The notes under the pieces are model-generated. The model did no database searches. It saw only the letters and a program-made list of their open reading frames with translations, and had not been told where the DNA came from. The position numbers and the translations under genes are program-made. From NCBI RefSeq assembly GCF_001194135.2, contig NC_068981.1, positions 2,152,988-2,188,067 of the forward strand: a stretch of 35,080 bases of DNA, written 5' to 3'. Origin of the DNA: Octopus bimaculoides (lineage: Eukaryota). This document shows, one piece after another, positions 11,400-22,119 of this stretch. Position 1 is the first letter of the stretch. Every line of letters starts with the position of its first letter.

Positions 11400-11770
11400 T
11401 TCTTATAAATTAAAGGAAAATGGACAACAAAACCAAGACAGGACGAGTATCTCAGGTCATTTAGAATATTTAATTAAAGGTGAATCAAAAATGGAGAAGT
11501 AGAAGTAATCAATGACTACAGCTGTTTCTGAGATATCCCAAGTGATGGGTCAACATCTCCATACACTGGGTATTCCATCATCAGAGACAAGGTGTGTATG
11601 CAGGAAAGTTCCAGACAGAGAATTCACAATGTATAAAAGAATAAAACAGTCGACAGAAGAATAAAGACGGAAGAATAACGTTCACAGTTCCTCTTGTTCC
11701 AGAAGGTATGGAAGTTAGTCTATACTTCCATGAACAAAGCCTGGATGTGTGTGTGGTCAAACAATTCTCC
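11400..11770 (-). mobile_element. Repeat remnant, probably a PLE 3' terminal region, carrying the 11511-11590 hammerhead; ends approximate
   Basis: Hammerhead preceded on the minus strand by a weak W-x-Y-x-L-x-S-x-PSG-like translation. Confidence 0.45.
11511..11590 (-). ncRNA. Type I hammerhead-like motif with intact core in PTPA intron 7
   Basis: uugucu CUGAUGA [long stem II: UGG..AUA CCCA GUG AUGG / CCAU CAC UGGG UAU..UCA] GAAAC AGCU GUA. Stem I is disrupted in this copy. Confidence 0.75.
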
Positions 11771-12430
11771 AGTAACTATTTTAATTATTTAAGTTTTGAA
11801 TCAGATACCATACTGGTGTGGTTGTGTGGTTCTGGGTTCAGTTCCAATCTGCAACATTTTACATCTTGGGTAAGTGTCTTCTATTAATAATATAGTCCTG
11901 GGCTGACCAATGTCTTGTGAGTGAATTTAGTAGTGGAAACTTGTCCTAGGGCAGCCTGATCGAGGGCAGGACAGCCTAACTGACTCCCATGCCGGTGGAA
12001 CGTAAAAAGGACTCACTACACTCTCAGAGTGGTTGGCGTTAGGAAGGGCATCCAGCTGTTGAAACCTTGCCAGTATTAGATTGGAACTTGGTGCAGCCTC
12101 TGGGCTTTCCAGACCTCAGTCAAACCGTCCAACCCATGCCAGCATGGAAAGCAGACGTTAAACGATGATGATGATGATGATGATGTATAGTCCCTTAAGT
12201 ATAATCCCAGGTAAATCTGGGTAATATTGGGAATGTTGCATTCACATTGAAGGAATAGATTAAGTGGTTAGCTTAATAGATTAAATGTAAGGAAAATGGT
12301 CCATGTGGGTGTATAGCGTGAGAGAGACAAACATCATGAAAGACAAATCAGAGAGGGGGGGAGGGGGGAGAAAAACGAAGAGAGAAATGAAAAGAGGATA
12401 TGTGTATGTGTGTGTGTGTATATACATATA

Positions 12431-12653
12431 TATGCGTATAAGAAGGGATGGCCACTAAGTAAAAGAGTTAATAGCGAAACCCAGTCTACGATTAATTCTT
12501 TATTTTGTATATTTTCATTTGCCTTGCCCACTTATGTTCTGGTGTTTGCTGAATTTTTCTGGAGAACATTCTTTTCTTTGTGGTTAGATCGTAGATGATC
12601 TTTTTCTAGCATATCGGATGTCCACTTAGTGGTCATCCCTTCTTATACGCATG
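12431..12653. mobile_element. MITE, about 220 bp, 29-bp TIR, TA flanks
   Basis: ATGCGTATAAGAAGGGATGGCCACTAAGT (12432-12460) and its inverse (12624-12652), 1 mismatch. Confidence 0.8.
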
Positions 12654-13294
12654 TAATACAATTTTTCTGAATTCTCAGATTTTTTTATATGCTAGGCCAC
12701 TAGTTTTTAAATTGATGTTAATTAAATTAATATTCAATTTATCACCCTCAGCCCCTGGACTGGCTTGTGCGGGTGGCACATAAAAGACACCATTTCGAGC
12801 GTGGCCGTTTTCGTGCGGGTGACACGTAAAANNNNNNNNNNNNNNNNNNNNNNNNNNNNNNNNNNNNNNNNNNNNNNNNNNNNNNNNNNNNNNNNNNNNN
12901 NNNNNNNNNNNNNNNNNNNNNNNNNNNNNNNNNNNNNNNNNNNNNNNNNNNNNNNNNNNNNNNNNNNNNNNNNNNNNNNNNNNNNNNNNNNNNNNNNNNN
13001 NNNNNNNNNNNNNNNNNNNNNNNNNNNNNNNNNNNNNNNNNNNNNNNNNNNNNNNNNNNNNNNNNNNNNNNNNNNNNNNNNNNNNNNNNNNNNNNNNNNN
13101 NNNNNNNNNNNNNNNNNNNNNNNNNNNNNNNNNNNNNNNNNNNNNNNNNNNNNNNNNNNNNNNNNNNNNNNNNNNNNNNNNNNNNNNNNNNNNNNNNNNN
13201 NNNNNNNNNNNNNNNNCCCACCACCTCCTGCCCTATTCCAGTGAGATTTTGAATTGAGAAGATAAAGGGAGATAACTGATAATAGGACACTGAC

Positions 13295-13419
13295 CAATAA
13301 GCTGACTGCTCCCCCAGATGAAAGGAATGAATTGGTAATCGTCCAGGCTCCAAACACCATGGCTTCCAGCAGGTTCCATCCGATATCTTTGCTGCATTCG
13401 ACGCATTAGCTGCAAATAT
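13295..13419 (-). CDS. PTPA: PTPA exon 7
   Basis: cag/gtcagt boundaries, 125 nt, YLQLMRRMQQRYRMEPAGSHGVWSLDDYQFIPFIWGSSQLI; contains the diagnostic YRMEPAGS-x-GVW-x-LDD motif. Confidence 0.98.
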
Positions 13420-13522
13420 CTGCATTCAGAACACAGAGAACATTTGTTAGAATACACCAAAATTAAAAATGCATAATTTAAATAATAATAATAATGATTA
13501 TGATGATGATGATGATGATGAT

Positions 13523-13733
13523 CCTTTCTAATATCGGCACAAAACCTGAAACTTTGGGGGAGGGGTTAAGTCGATTACATCGACCCCGGTGCATAATGGT
13601 ACTTATTGCATCGACCCTCAAAGGATGAAAGGCAAAGTCAAGCTCGGAGGAATTTGAACTCAGAACTTAATGGCAGATGAAATACCGCTAAGCAATTCAC
13701 CCAGCTTCCTAACGATTCTGCCAGCTCGCTGCC
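13523..13733 (-). mobile_element. SINE family A copy, PTPA intron 6
   Basis: Aligns to 4565-4776 over its full length. Confidence 0.85.
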
Positions 13734-13747
13734 TTAATAATAGTAAC

Positions 13748-13785
<38 letters not shown>

Positions 13786-14437
13786 GTATTGTTTCTAATT
13801 TTGGCACATGATGTCAAGACAAGTCACACTAACACACACATCCATGGACACACATATACAAGCTTCTTTCCTTTTCTGTATACCAATTCCATGCACAAGG
13901 CTTTGGTTGGCCTGGAACTAGTGGAAGACATGTGCCTAAGGTGACACACAGTAGAACTGAACCCAAAACCATGTGGTTGAGAAGCAAAGTTCTTATATAT
14001 ATATATGCAGCACGGAATTTTGACAGTGAACAGGTCACGGTCTCAAAGTGACGAAAATATTTTGACAAATTAAATTTAAATATTGAAGTGACTCTAACAG
14101 TTTTTCTGTGTTTATAAATGGCTTATAAACACCTTCCACACTGCAATATATACACACACACACACACAGAGGTTACAAAGGGCTTCCAACAGTTTCCGTT
14201 ACCAAATCCACTCACGAGATCAGCCAGAAGCTACAGCAGAAGCAATCTGTGATATCGCCCAGTGAGACAGAACTCAAAGCCACATGGTTACAAAACGCCA
14301 CCTGTGCACAGCCATGACTGCATCCATCACAATATTCTGGAAGACTTTCGTTCAACATTCTTTAAAGACACCTGAAGAAAAGCAAAGTTTAATAGAAGAC
14401 TGAAAGAGCATTATTACTGACGGGTAGCCATACTCAC

Positions 14438-14537
14438 TTCTCATTGACTTGCAAGACAATAGCTGGGGCATCGGCCTCCGTAAGTATCCCTATTTTATAT
14501 AAGGTACAGAGGAAAGCAGCAAAAGACATTTCATGGC
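14438..14537 (-). CDS. PTPA: PTPA exon 6
   Basis: cag/gtgagt boundaries, 100 nt, (G)HEMSFAAFLCTLYKIGILTEADAPAIVLQVNE(K); phases match both neighbouring exons. Confidence 0.97.
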
Positions 14538-14629
14538 CTGAAGCAAAAGAAAAAGGGGAAATTGTATGAGTTAGTCAATAGGTCATAAGGACATGAGTTC
14601 AATTCTGAGTGGGAAAATTTTTAAATGAT

Positions 14630-15135
14630 GTCCCAATTGAGCATTGGACCTCATGGAGGCAAAGTGACTGAGTTCCTTTTGAGCATTGGGCCTCATGGAG
14701 GCAAAGTGACTGAGTTCCTTTTGAGCATTGGGCCTCATGGAGGCAAAGTGGCCAAGTTCCTTTCGAGCACTGGGCCTCACAGAGGCAATGACGGGGACCT
14801 TTGGCATTATGTTGTGCTTGAGAAGACCCATCAAGCTGAGTAAAATCACAGTTGTGGCAGATACTGGTGTCATGCAAATGGCATCTGTGTCATGCAAATG
14901 GCACCTGTGTCATGCAAATGGCACTTGTGTCATGCAAATGGCACCTGTGCCAGTGGCACATAAAAGCACCCATTACACTCTCGTAGTGGTTGGCATTAGG
15001 AAGGGCATCCTGCCGTAGAAAACCATGCCAAATCAGTCTGGAGTCTAGTGCAGCCTTCCAGCTTACCAACCTTGGTCAAACCATCCAACCCATGCCAGTA
15101 TGGACAACAGACATTTGATGATGATGAAGATGAAG
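14630..15135 (+). mobile_element. Long family C repeat with internal 42-bp x4 and 20-bp x4 arrays
   Basis: 42-bp units start at 14639, 14681, 14723 and 14765; 20-bp units span 14867-14946; family C 3' end follows. Confidence 0.85.
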
Positions 15136-15919
15136 ACAGTAGAAAAAATGGGGTTGGAATACAAAATAATCTGACTTTGAAACACAATGAGATATGACAT
15201 ATTTAACTCTTTATCAGAGAGAGGTGGAGGGAGTGGTGAGAGAGGGGAGAGATGGAAGGGGGAGAGTGGGGAAGTGAAGGGGAGGGAGATGAGACAAAAG
15301 GAGGGCAGGAGAGAGGGAGGAGGAAGCGAAGGGGAGGGAGATGAGACAAAAGGAGGGCAGGAGAGAGGGAGGAGGAAGCGAAGGNNNNNNNNNNNNNNNN
15401 NNNNNNNNNNNNNNNNNNNNNNNNNNNNNNNNNNNNNNNNNNNNNNNNNNNNNNNNNNNNNNNNNNNNNNNNNNNNNNNNNNNNNNNNNNNNNNNNNNNN
15501 NNNNNNNNNNNNNNNNNNNNNNNNNNNNNNNNNNNNNNNNNNNNNNNNNNNNNNNNNNNNNNNNNNNNNNNNNNNNNNNNNNNNNNNNNNNNNNNNNNNN
15601 NNNNNNNNNNNNNNNNNNNNNNNNNNNNNNNNNNNNNNNNNNNNNNNNNNNNNNNNNNNNNNNNNNNNNNNNNNNNNNNNNNNNNNNNNNNNNNNNNNNN
15701 NNNNNNNNNNNNNNNNNNNNNNNNNNNNNNNNNNNNNNNNNNNNNNNNNNNNCTCCACCTATAAACCACACTTGTTTCTATTACTATCATTATTTTCATT
15801 AAAAGCCTTTTTTTACTGAAACTGTCCTTGGTTTCAATGAGTCTGCAGTATTGTTTCCTTGAAATGGCATATTTTCTTTCGTCCCAAACCCTCTCAAGCT
15901 ATGCATTTTTAATCTAACC

Positions 15920-16421
15920 CAGGGGTGGGGGAACTTTTTAAAGCAGCAGGCAAAAATTTCCAAAGAAAAAGGTCCTTGGATGGATCAGAAGTTCTAACTC
16001 TTATATCTGTGTAAATCTTGTATGTATCTATGTATAATTCGATATACATTAATAAAGATAAGTTTAACACATCAAATTAACACATAACATCTTCATTAAT
16101 GCCACCACTGAATTTAGGACTGTATTACTTATGAGGTATTCTATTTTTTCCAGCTAGAGTGTAGTTGGATCTCAAGAGGGTGGTACAAACCTAGTAATAT
16201 GTGTTTTATAGTGAAAACAAAATTTCCATTCAAATGGCAATTACCGGACGATTCCTGACCATTTTAAGTCGTAATGGAAACGAACAAGTATACGAATATT
16301 GTATAAATTTTGATTGAAAAATTTACTATATTTTGTACATACGAGTATATCAGCCTGGGGACACAATAAAACGTACCCGCAAGTGCAGTTGTACCCTCGG
16401 GCGGGGGTTTCCCCACCCTTG
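15920..16421. mobile_element. hAT-type MITE with 8-bp TSD
   Basis: Ends CAGGGGTGGGGGAAC / GTTTCCCCACCCTTG; ATCTAACC duplicated at 15912-15919 and 16422-16429. Confidence 0.9.
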
Positions 16422-16549
16422 ATCTAACCACTTGTCTACGTTGTCCTCTGTAACTAATGCAAGCAAGCAGTCAGCTTTCATGAAAAAGATACCGTTTTTT
16501 TTAAGACAAACAATGGGAAAGAAAGAAATACAAAGTCGACATGACTAAC

Positions 16550-16667
16550 CTGTGCCATAATCAATTCTTGTGGAATTACCAATTCCTTCAATCAGGTAAG
16601 TAGATATTTCTGGGAAAGCTTTGTGATATTTTTCATCAAAACATTTTTCCATTTCTTCTACAGCACT
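16550..16667 (-). CDS. PTPA: PTPA exon 5
   Basis: cag/gttagt boundaries, 118 nt, SAVEEMEKCFDEKYHKAFPEISTYLIEGIGNSTRIDYGT(G); contains the hallmark GNSTRIDYGTGHE. Confidence 0.97.
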
Positions 16668-16852
16668 CTGAAAAGACAGAGAAAAGAACTTAATGTTTCC
16701 ACGGGACTCGTTTTCTTTCAATCTAAGGAGAAATCAGCTAAATTAGCTCTGTTTATATATCTACTGCATAGGTTACATGTATCAGTGCCCCAGCATGGCC
16801 ACAGTCCAATGACCAAAGCAAATGAAAGATGAAAAGAGAATTAAAGGCTTAC

Positions 16853-16978
16853 CTCTTTCAGTTTAATATAAAGCTTTTGGAAAGCTTTGTTGCCAAATCT
16901 CTGAGGCTGGTCAATCGGAAGAATGTCTGTCATCCATTGATCCAACGTATCCAAAAGACCCATCAGTTTCTTCACAGT
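16853..16978 (-). CDS. PTPA: PTPA exon 4
   Basis: tag/gtaagc boundaries, 126 nt, TVKKLMGLLDTLDQWMTDILPIDQPQRFGNKAFQKLYIKLKE (DQP-x-RFGNKA motif). Confidence 0.97.
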
Positions 16979-17169
16979 CTACAATATTGAGAAAATCAAA
17001 TTCACTTACAACTCAATCAATCAGAAAATTACGATCCTCTTCCTCATCGTTATCATTATCATCCATTTCACTCACCATCCACATCTTCATCATCATCAGC
17101 ACCACCATTGTTGTTAGTGTCATTGGAAAGCTGGAAGAATCGTTAGTGTGATGGACAAAAGTCGTCGTC

Positions 17170-17720
17170 ATTGTCGTCGTTTGACGTCCGCTTTCCATCC
17201 TGTCATGAGTTGGACAGTTTGACTGAGAACTGGCAAGCCGGGAGGCTGTACCAGGCTCCAATCTTGATTTGGCAAGGTTTCTACAGCTGGATGCCCTTCT
17301 TAACACCAACCGCTCCAAGATTGTAATGGATGTTTTTACATGCCACCAGCCCTGGAGCCAGTCAGGCAGCACTGGCATCAGCCACACTCAAATGGTGCTT
17401 TTTTACATGTAAAAAGAGACAAAGTGGCTGAGTTCCTTTCAAGTGTTGGGCCTCACGGAGGCAATGACTGAGACCTTTGCCATTATGTCATGCTTGAGAA
17501 GACCCATCAAGCTGAGCAAAACTGCAGTCGTGACAGATACTGGTGTCACGCAAATGGCACCCTTGCCAGTGGCACGTAAAAGCACCCATTACATTCTTGG
17601 AAAACCATGCCAAATCAGACTGGAGTCTGGTGCAGCCTTCCAGCTTACCAGCTCTGGTCACACTGCCCAATCCATGCCAGCATGGACAAGGGACATTAAA
17701 TGATGATGATGATGATGATA
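17170..17720. mobile_element. Two family C copies in inverted orientation (17170-17410 minus, 17415-17720 plus)
   Basis: The first copy begins with CGTTTGACGTCCGC; the second ends GGACATTAAATGATGAT. Confidence 0.8.
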
Positions 17721-17752
17721 ATGATGTATCATTAAATTCATGTTTTACTTAC

Positions 17753-17839
17753 TTCAGAAATTGGGTAGGTGTCAGATATTTTCATTGATTTCACTGAATT
17801 ATTCATTGCAATAATAAAACCCAAAAGATCATTGTTTGC
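17753..17839 (-). CDS. PTPA: PTPA exon 3
   Basis: cag/gtaagt boundaries, 87 nt, ANNDLLGFIIAMNNSVKSMKISDTYPISE; colinear with human AYADYIGFILTLNEGVKGKKLTFEYRVSE as recalled. Confidence 0.93.
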
Positions 17840-18639
17840 CTGCAATGAGAAGTCGGTAAATACAAATGTATTTCGAAATTATCAATTCAGGTTTTTAAAA
17901 AAAGGAAGAAATTATTTATATGAAGGCAGCATCAGTTAACGCTTCAGCATTCAGATAATCTTATCAAATATAATGCTTATTTATTCACATTGTTTTTGAG
18001 TTAATCATGCAATATTTCATAATGTTGAGATTTCCATGATGTGACTGTTTATTTTTAGACTTATTTATTTTTAGAATAACATTGCAGGTTAAGTGTGAGA
18101 GGCCAGATAGGGCCAGTGTGAACATAAAATTGGTTGAATATTTGGTCGGATGTGGCTGGTTTAAATACGAATGGATTAAATATATTAAACACATTTTTTC
18201 TTTTTAAATTCTAAGTTTCACATGTATTTGGTTCGTCAAATTCTTGATGTGAACTCGTGTTCTGAAACATTAGCAAACCAACATTTCATACAACAAACAT
18301 TAAACAACACCCCTTGGAGACAGTTGGGTCTTCATCTAAATTTACTGAAAGCCAAATCACTTTACATCTATTGAAACTGTCTCATAAGATCAACCATTTT
18401 ACCTAGCTGCTGCCTCTGGTAAGGACAGATCTGACCTATCTTCAGTCCTAATAACTGAGTCTCTAGAATATAAACAAACAGCAACTCAGTGTCCATGCCA
18501 GCGCTGCCTGACTGGCACCCGTGCTAGTGGCACGTAAAAAGCACCATTTGAATGTGGTCAATGCCAGTGCTGACTGGCCCCCATGCAGGTAAACATCTGT
18601 GTGTGTTCATTTTTGCATACACGTGCGCATTTGACATCA

Positions 18640-19008
18640 TCATCGTTGTTTAACGTCCGCTTTCCATGCTGGCATGAGTTGGACAGCTTGACCAAGGGCT
18701 GGCAAGCCAGAAGGCTGCACCAGGCTCCAATCTGATCCAGCAAAGTTTCTACAGCTGCATGCCCTTCCTAATCCCAACCACTCTGAGAGTAGAGGGTGTT
18801 TTTTACGTGCTACCGGCACGAGGGCCAGTCAGGCAGTGCTGGCATCAACTACGCTTGGATGGTACTTTTTACATGCCACTGGCACAGGAGCCAGTCAGGT
18901 GGCACTGGCAACAATCATGCTCGAATGGTACTTTTTACATGCCACAGGCACGGGACCAGTCAGGTAGCACTGGCATCAACCATGCTTGAATGGTACATTT
19001 TACGTTCC
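18640..19008 (-). mobile_element. Family C repeat with about 65-bp internal tandem units, running into a gap
   Basis: Unit starts at 18861, 18927 and 18992. Confidence 0.85.
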
Positions 19009-19422
19009 NNNNNNNNNNNNNNNNNNNNNNNNNNNNNNNNNNNNNNNNNNNNNNNNNNNNNNNNNNNNNNNNNNNNNNNNNNNNNNNNNNNNNNNNNNNN
19101 NNNNNNNNNNNNNNNNNNNNNNNNNNNNNNNNNNNNNNNNNNNNNNNNNNNNNNNNNNNNNNNNNNNNNNNNNNNNNNNNNNNNNNNNNNNNNNNNNNNN
19201 NNNNNNNNNNNNNNNNNNNNNNNNNNNNNNNNNNNNNNNNNNNNNNNNNNNNNNNNNNNNNNNNNNNNNNNNNNNNNNNNNNNNNNNNNNNNNNNNNNNN
19301 NNNNNNNNNNNNNNNNNNNNNNNNNNNNNNNNNNNNNNNNNNNNNNNNNNNNNNNNNNNNNNNNNNNNNNNNNNNNNNNNNNNNNNNNNNNNNNNNNNNN
19401 NNNNNNNNNNNNNNNNNNNNNN

Positions 19423-19520
19423 GTTGTCCATATCATCAGGTTTAAGGATTTCCCTGACCGGAACTTTGAAGTCATGTGTTTCTACATTAATGGGATTCAT
19501 TGGTGATGGTTCAACAGCTC
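19423..19520 (-). CDS. PTPA: PTPA exon 2 (3' end lost in N-gap 19009-19422)
   Basis: ttttag acceptor, then (G)AVEPSPMNPINVETHDFKVPVREILKPDDMDN, resembling the PTPA N-terminal motif F-x-x-P-x-(K/R)-EI-x-x-x-x-DM. Confidence 0.85.
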
Positions 19521-20194
19521 CTAAAATTCAAGAAGGAAACGGGTTAATTCACATCCTTTTCCATTGTTTAAAATACTCTGATATTTGTACTTGTTTCAGT
19601 CAGTAGACTGTGGCCATGCTGGGGCACCACCCTGGTACTTATTTTTATCTTTAACTTGTTTCAGTCATTAGACTGTGACCATGCTGGGGCACCAGCATGA
19701 AGGGTATAACTGAACAAATCAACCCAAGTACTTATTTTTTAAAACCTGACTCTTATTCTATAGGTTTATTTTGCCAATCTGCTAAGTTACAGGGTTGCAA
19801 ACAAACCAAGACTGGTTGTCAAGTGGTGGCAGGAGGACAAACACAAAGACACACATGCATACATACATATATATATATACATATATAGCGAGAATTTACA
19901 AAAAAAAAAACAAAAGATGAAGACAGGTGTGTAAACAACAAACAGATGTTTTAGTTTAACGCTCAGAATTACATATATATAATATACATACGTATATGTA
20001 TAAACATACATACATATACTTACATAGATATACATACATACATATACATATATACACATGGGAAAAAGTGTGTAATCTTCAATGGCAATAAATTGTTATT
20101 CTTCTTGATTGTACACTGTCCACTTTGTTTTCCAAACCTGCCATGGACTGCTTGAAGCTTACAAACTTCCTACACTTTGATACCTGGATCTTAC

Positions 20195-20239
<45 letters not shown>

Positions 20240-20242
<3 letters not shown>

Positions 20243-20440
20243 CGTAAGAACATAAATGTGAAACAAAGTGGCGAAAATAGTACTCGAGTACCAGAGGTAG
20301 AGTAATATGCTTTATTGAAAAGCAGCAGAAATATCACAAAAATTGTTACTCGGAGTTTGACGTTCCTGTTCATCGGACAGTTTTGTTTAGAATGGAACAG
20401 AAATAAGGTTATAAGCAAACATATATTCGTATACATACTT
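20240..20440 (-). mobile_element. Short repeat between (TG)n and TA-rich tracts carrying the 20339-20384 motif
   Basis: CpG-containing block with AATAAA downstream of the hammerhead-like fold on the minus strand; family identity inferred. Confidence 0.45.
20339..20384 (-). ncRNA. Variant type I hammerhead-like motif in PTPA intron 1
   Basis: AAAACUGU CCGAUGA AC aggaac GU CAAA CUC c GAG UA ACAAUUUU: stem I 7/8 bp, stem III 4 bp with a 1-nt loop, core changes U4C and G12C. Confidence 0.65.
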
Positions 20441-20481
20441 ATATATGTGTATTTGTATGTATATCTATACTAATGTATATA

Positions 20482-20743
20482 AAATAAAAAATAAATGCAC
20501 CCTTTTAAAGCCTAGCCAGGCTCATGGGCCCGGTTTCCCGGTTTCACTGGCGTATGTGTTCCCCAGCTGGACGGTACGCCAGTCCATTGCAGCGTTACTC
20601 CTTTTTGCCAGCCGAGTGGACTGGACCAATGTGATATGAAGTGTTTTGCTCAAGAACACAATGCGTCGCCCAGTCCAGGAATCGAAACCACAATCTTACG
20701 ATCATGGTGCTGACACCCTAACCACTAAGCCACGTGCCTCCAC
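20482..20743 (-). mobile_element. tRNA-derived SINE family E with 13-bp TSD
   Basis: Head GGAGGCACGTGGCTTAGTGGTTAGGG...GTTTCGATTCC; ACTAATGTATATA at 20469-20481 and 20744-20756. Confidence 0.9.
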
Positions 20744-22119
20744 ACTAATGTATATATATATGTAGTTTTATGTGTGTGTTCATTTTGCAAAATTTATGAA
20801 GTATCTTTTCCTGCTCACTACTTGCTAGCGTTTTTACATAGCACTCCATGTCCTTGCCTTTTTCTCTCTCTTGCTAGTTTTGTTTCTCTTTCTTTTTCTT
20901 TTCCTCTCCTCTATGCTTAATGTATACTTTCCCTTTCTTTCGTCTGTAACAACTGACCGGCATACACCAGATTTTGTGCGCGGGCATGTATGCATACAGA
21001 TGGATGGATGGATGTGTATTTGTATATATATATATTTATGTCTCACCTATATATGTCTATATATGTATATAACTATGTAGATGCATCTGTACATTTTAGT
21101 ATATATGTATATATTATAGATGGTTTAGTATGTGAATATGCTGCTAAACGTGTATGTAATCCAGTGTGAAAATTTTAAATTTTTCAACGGCTATAACTTT
21201 TAATGTATTGATTTATAATTTGCATATAATTATTTACCTTATGTATTGAGACTCTGTCCTTTGATTTAAGGTTTCCTTCGATTTTAAAATAAGATGAATT
21301 TGTTCATTGATGCTTAAGACCATTAGTTGAAAGGACCAATGAAACGAAACCATTTTCAAATGTGTATCCATTAAACTAATTTTGAATCTGCCCAGGGTTA
21401 CCTCAAGGGAGATGAAAGCATGGCAGACCAAAAACAACACAGAGAAGGACCATACAAACTGAAGCACTGATAGACAACTGAAGTTCAATGCCAAGGATCA
21501 AGACAAATGGAGATCTTTTACTGGGCCAAATACTCAACATGGAGTCAAAGGAATTAAAGCGAGAAGAAAGAAATGGTGTGAAATTATAAACATAGAAACA
21601 AAAACTTAGAATCGAGAAGCTTCAAAGTCGATTTAGTAAAGAATAAACAGGAATGAAAACAGACTCTGCAATTGCCATGGAAACACAAGTCATATTCCAT
21701 AAGATGTAATTGATATAGAGGGTACACAAGTGGTGTAATGGCTGATAGGTTAGGCTAACAGAGAAGGTAGACTTTATATATAGCAGGTGCACAGGGACAA
21801 TAAGCACGAAAAGCTTAGAAGGAAACAGATTCTCTTGAATACTCACAAGGCTTCCAAGAAGTACTACCAGTAGCATTCACTTAATGTTGTTGTCAAGTTC
21901 ATGAGAAGTGCAACTGCAAAAGGTAGGCCTTGAATATAGCAAGAGGCCACTTGCCCCATACATTAAATCAAGCTGGTTGTGTTTGGCGGTAGATAAGCTA
22001 CTTTAATGTTATTTGCCAAGTCATTTAGGTTGAGTGACGAGCATTGACAGGCAAAGAACTTAAAAAACAGATAAAATTTAAAAAAGCAATGCTTTAATTT
22101 CATGCCAATCAGCACTGGC

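Noticed and set aside
18790-19008. Regularly spaced repeats resembling a CRISPR array (also 14639-14800 and 28450-28688)
   Set aside because: The units are contiguous degenerate tandem copies with no unique spacers, lie inside a eukaryotic interspersed repeat, and no cas genes are present.
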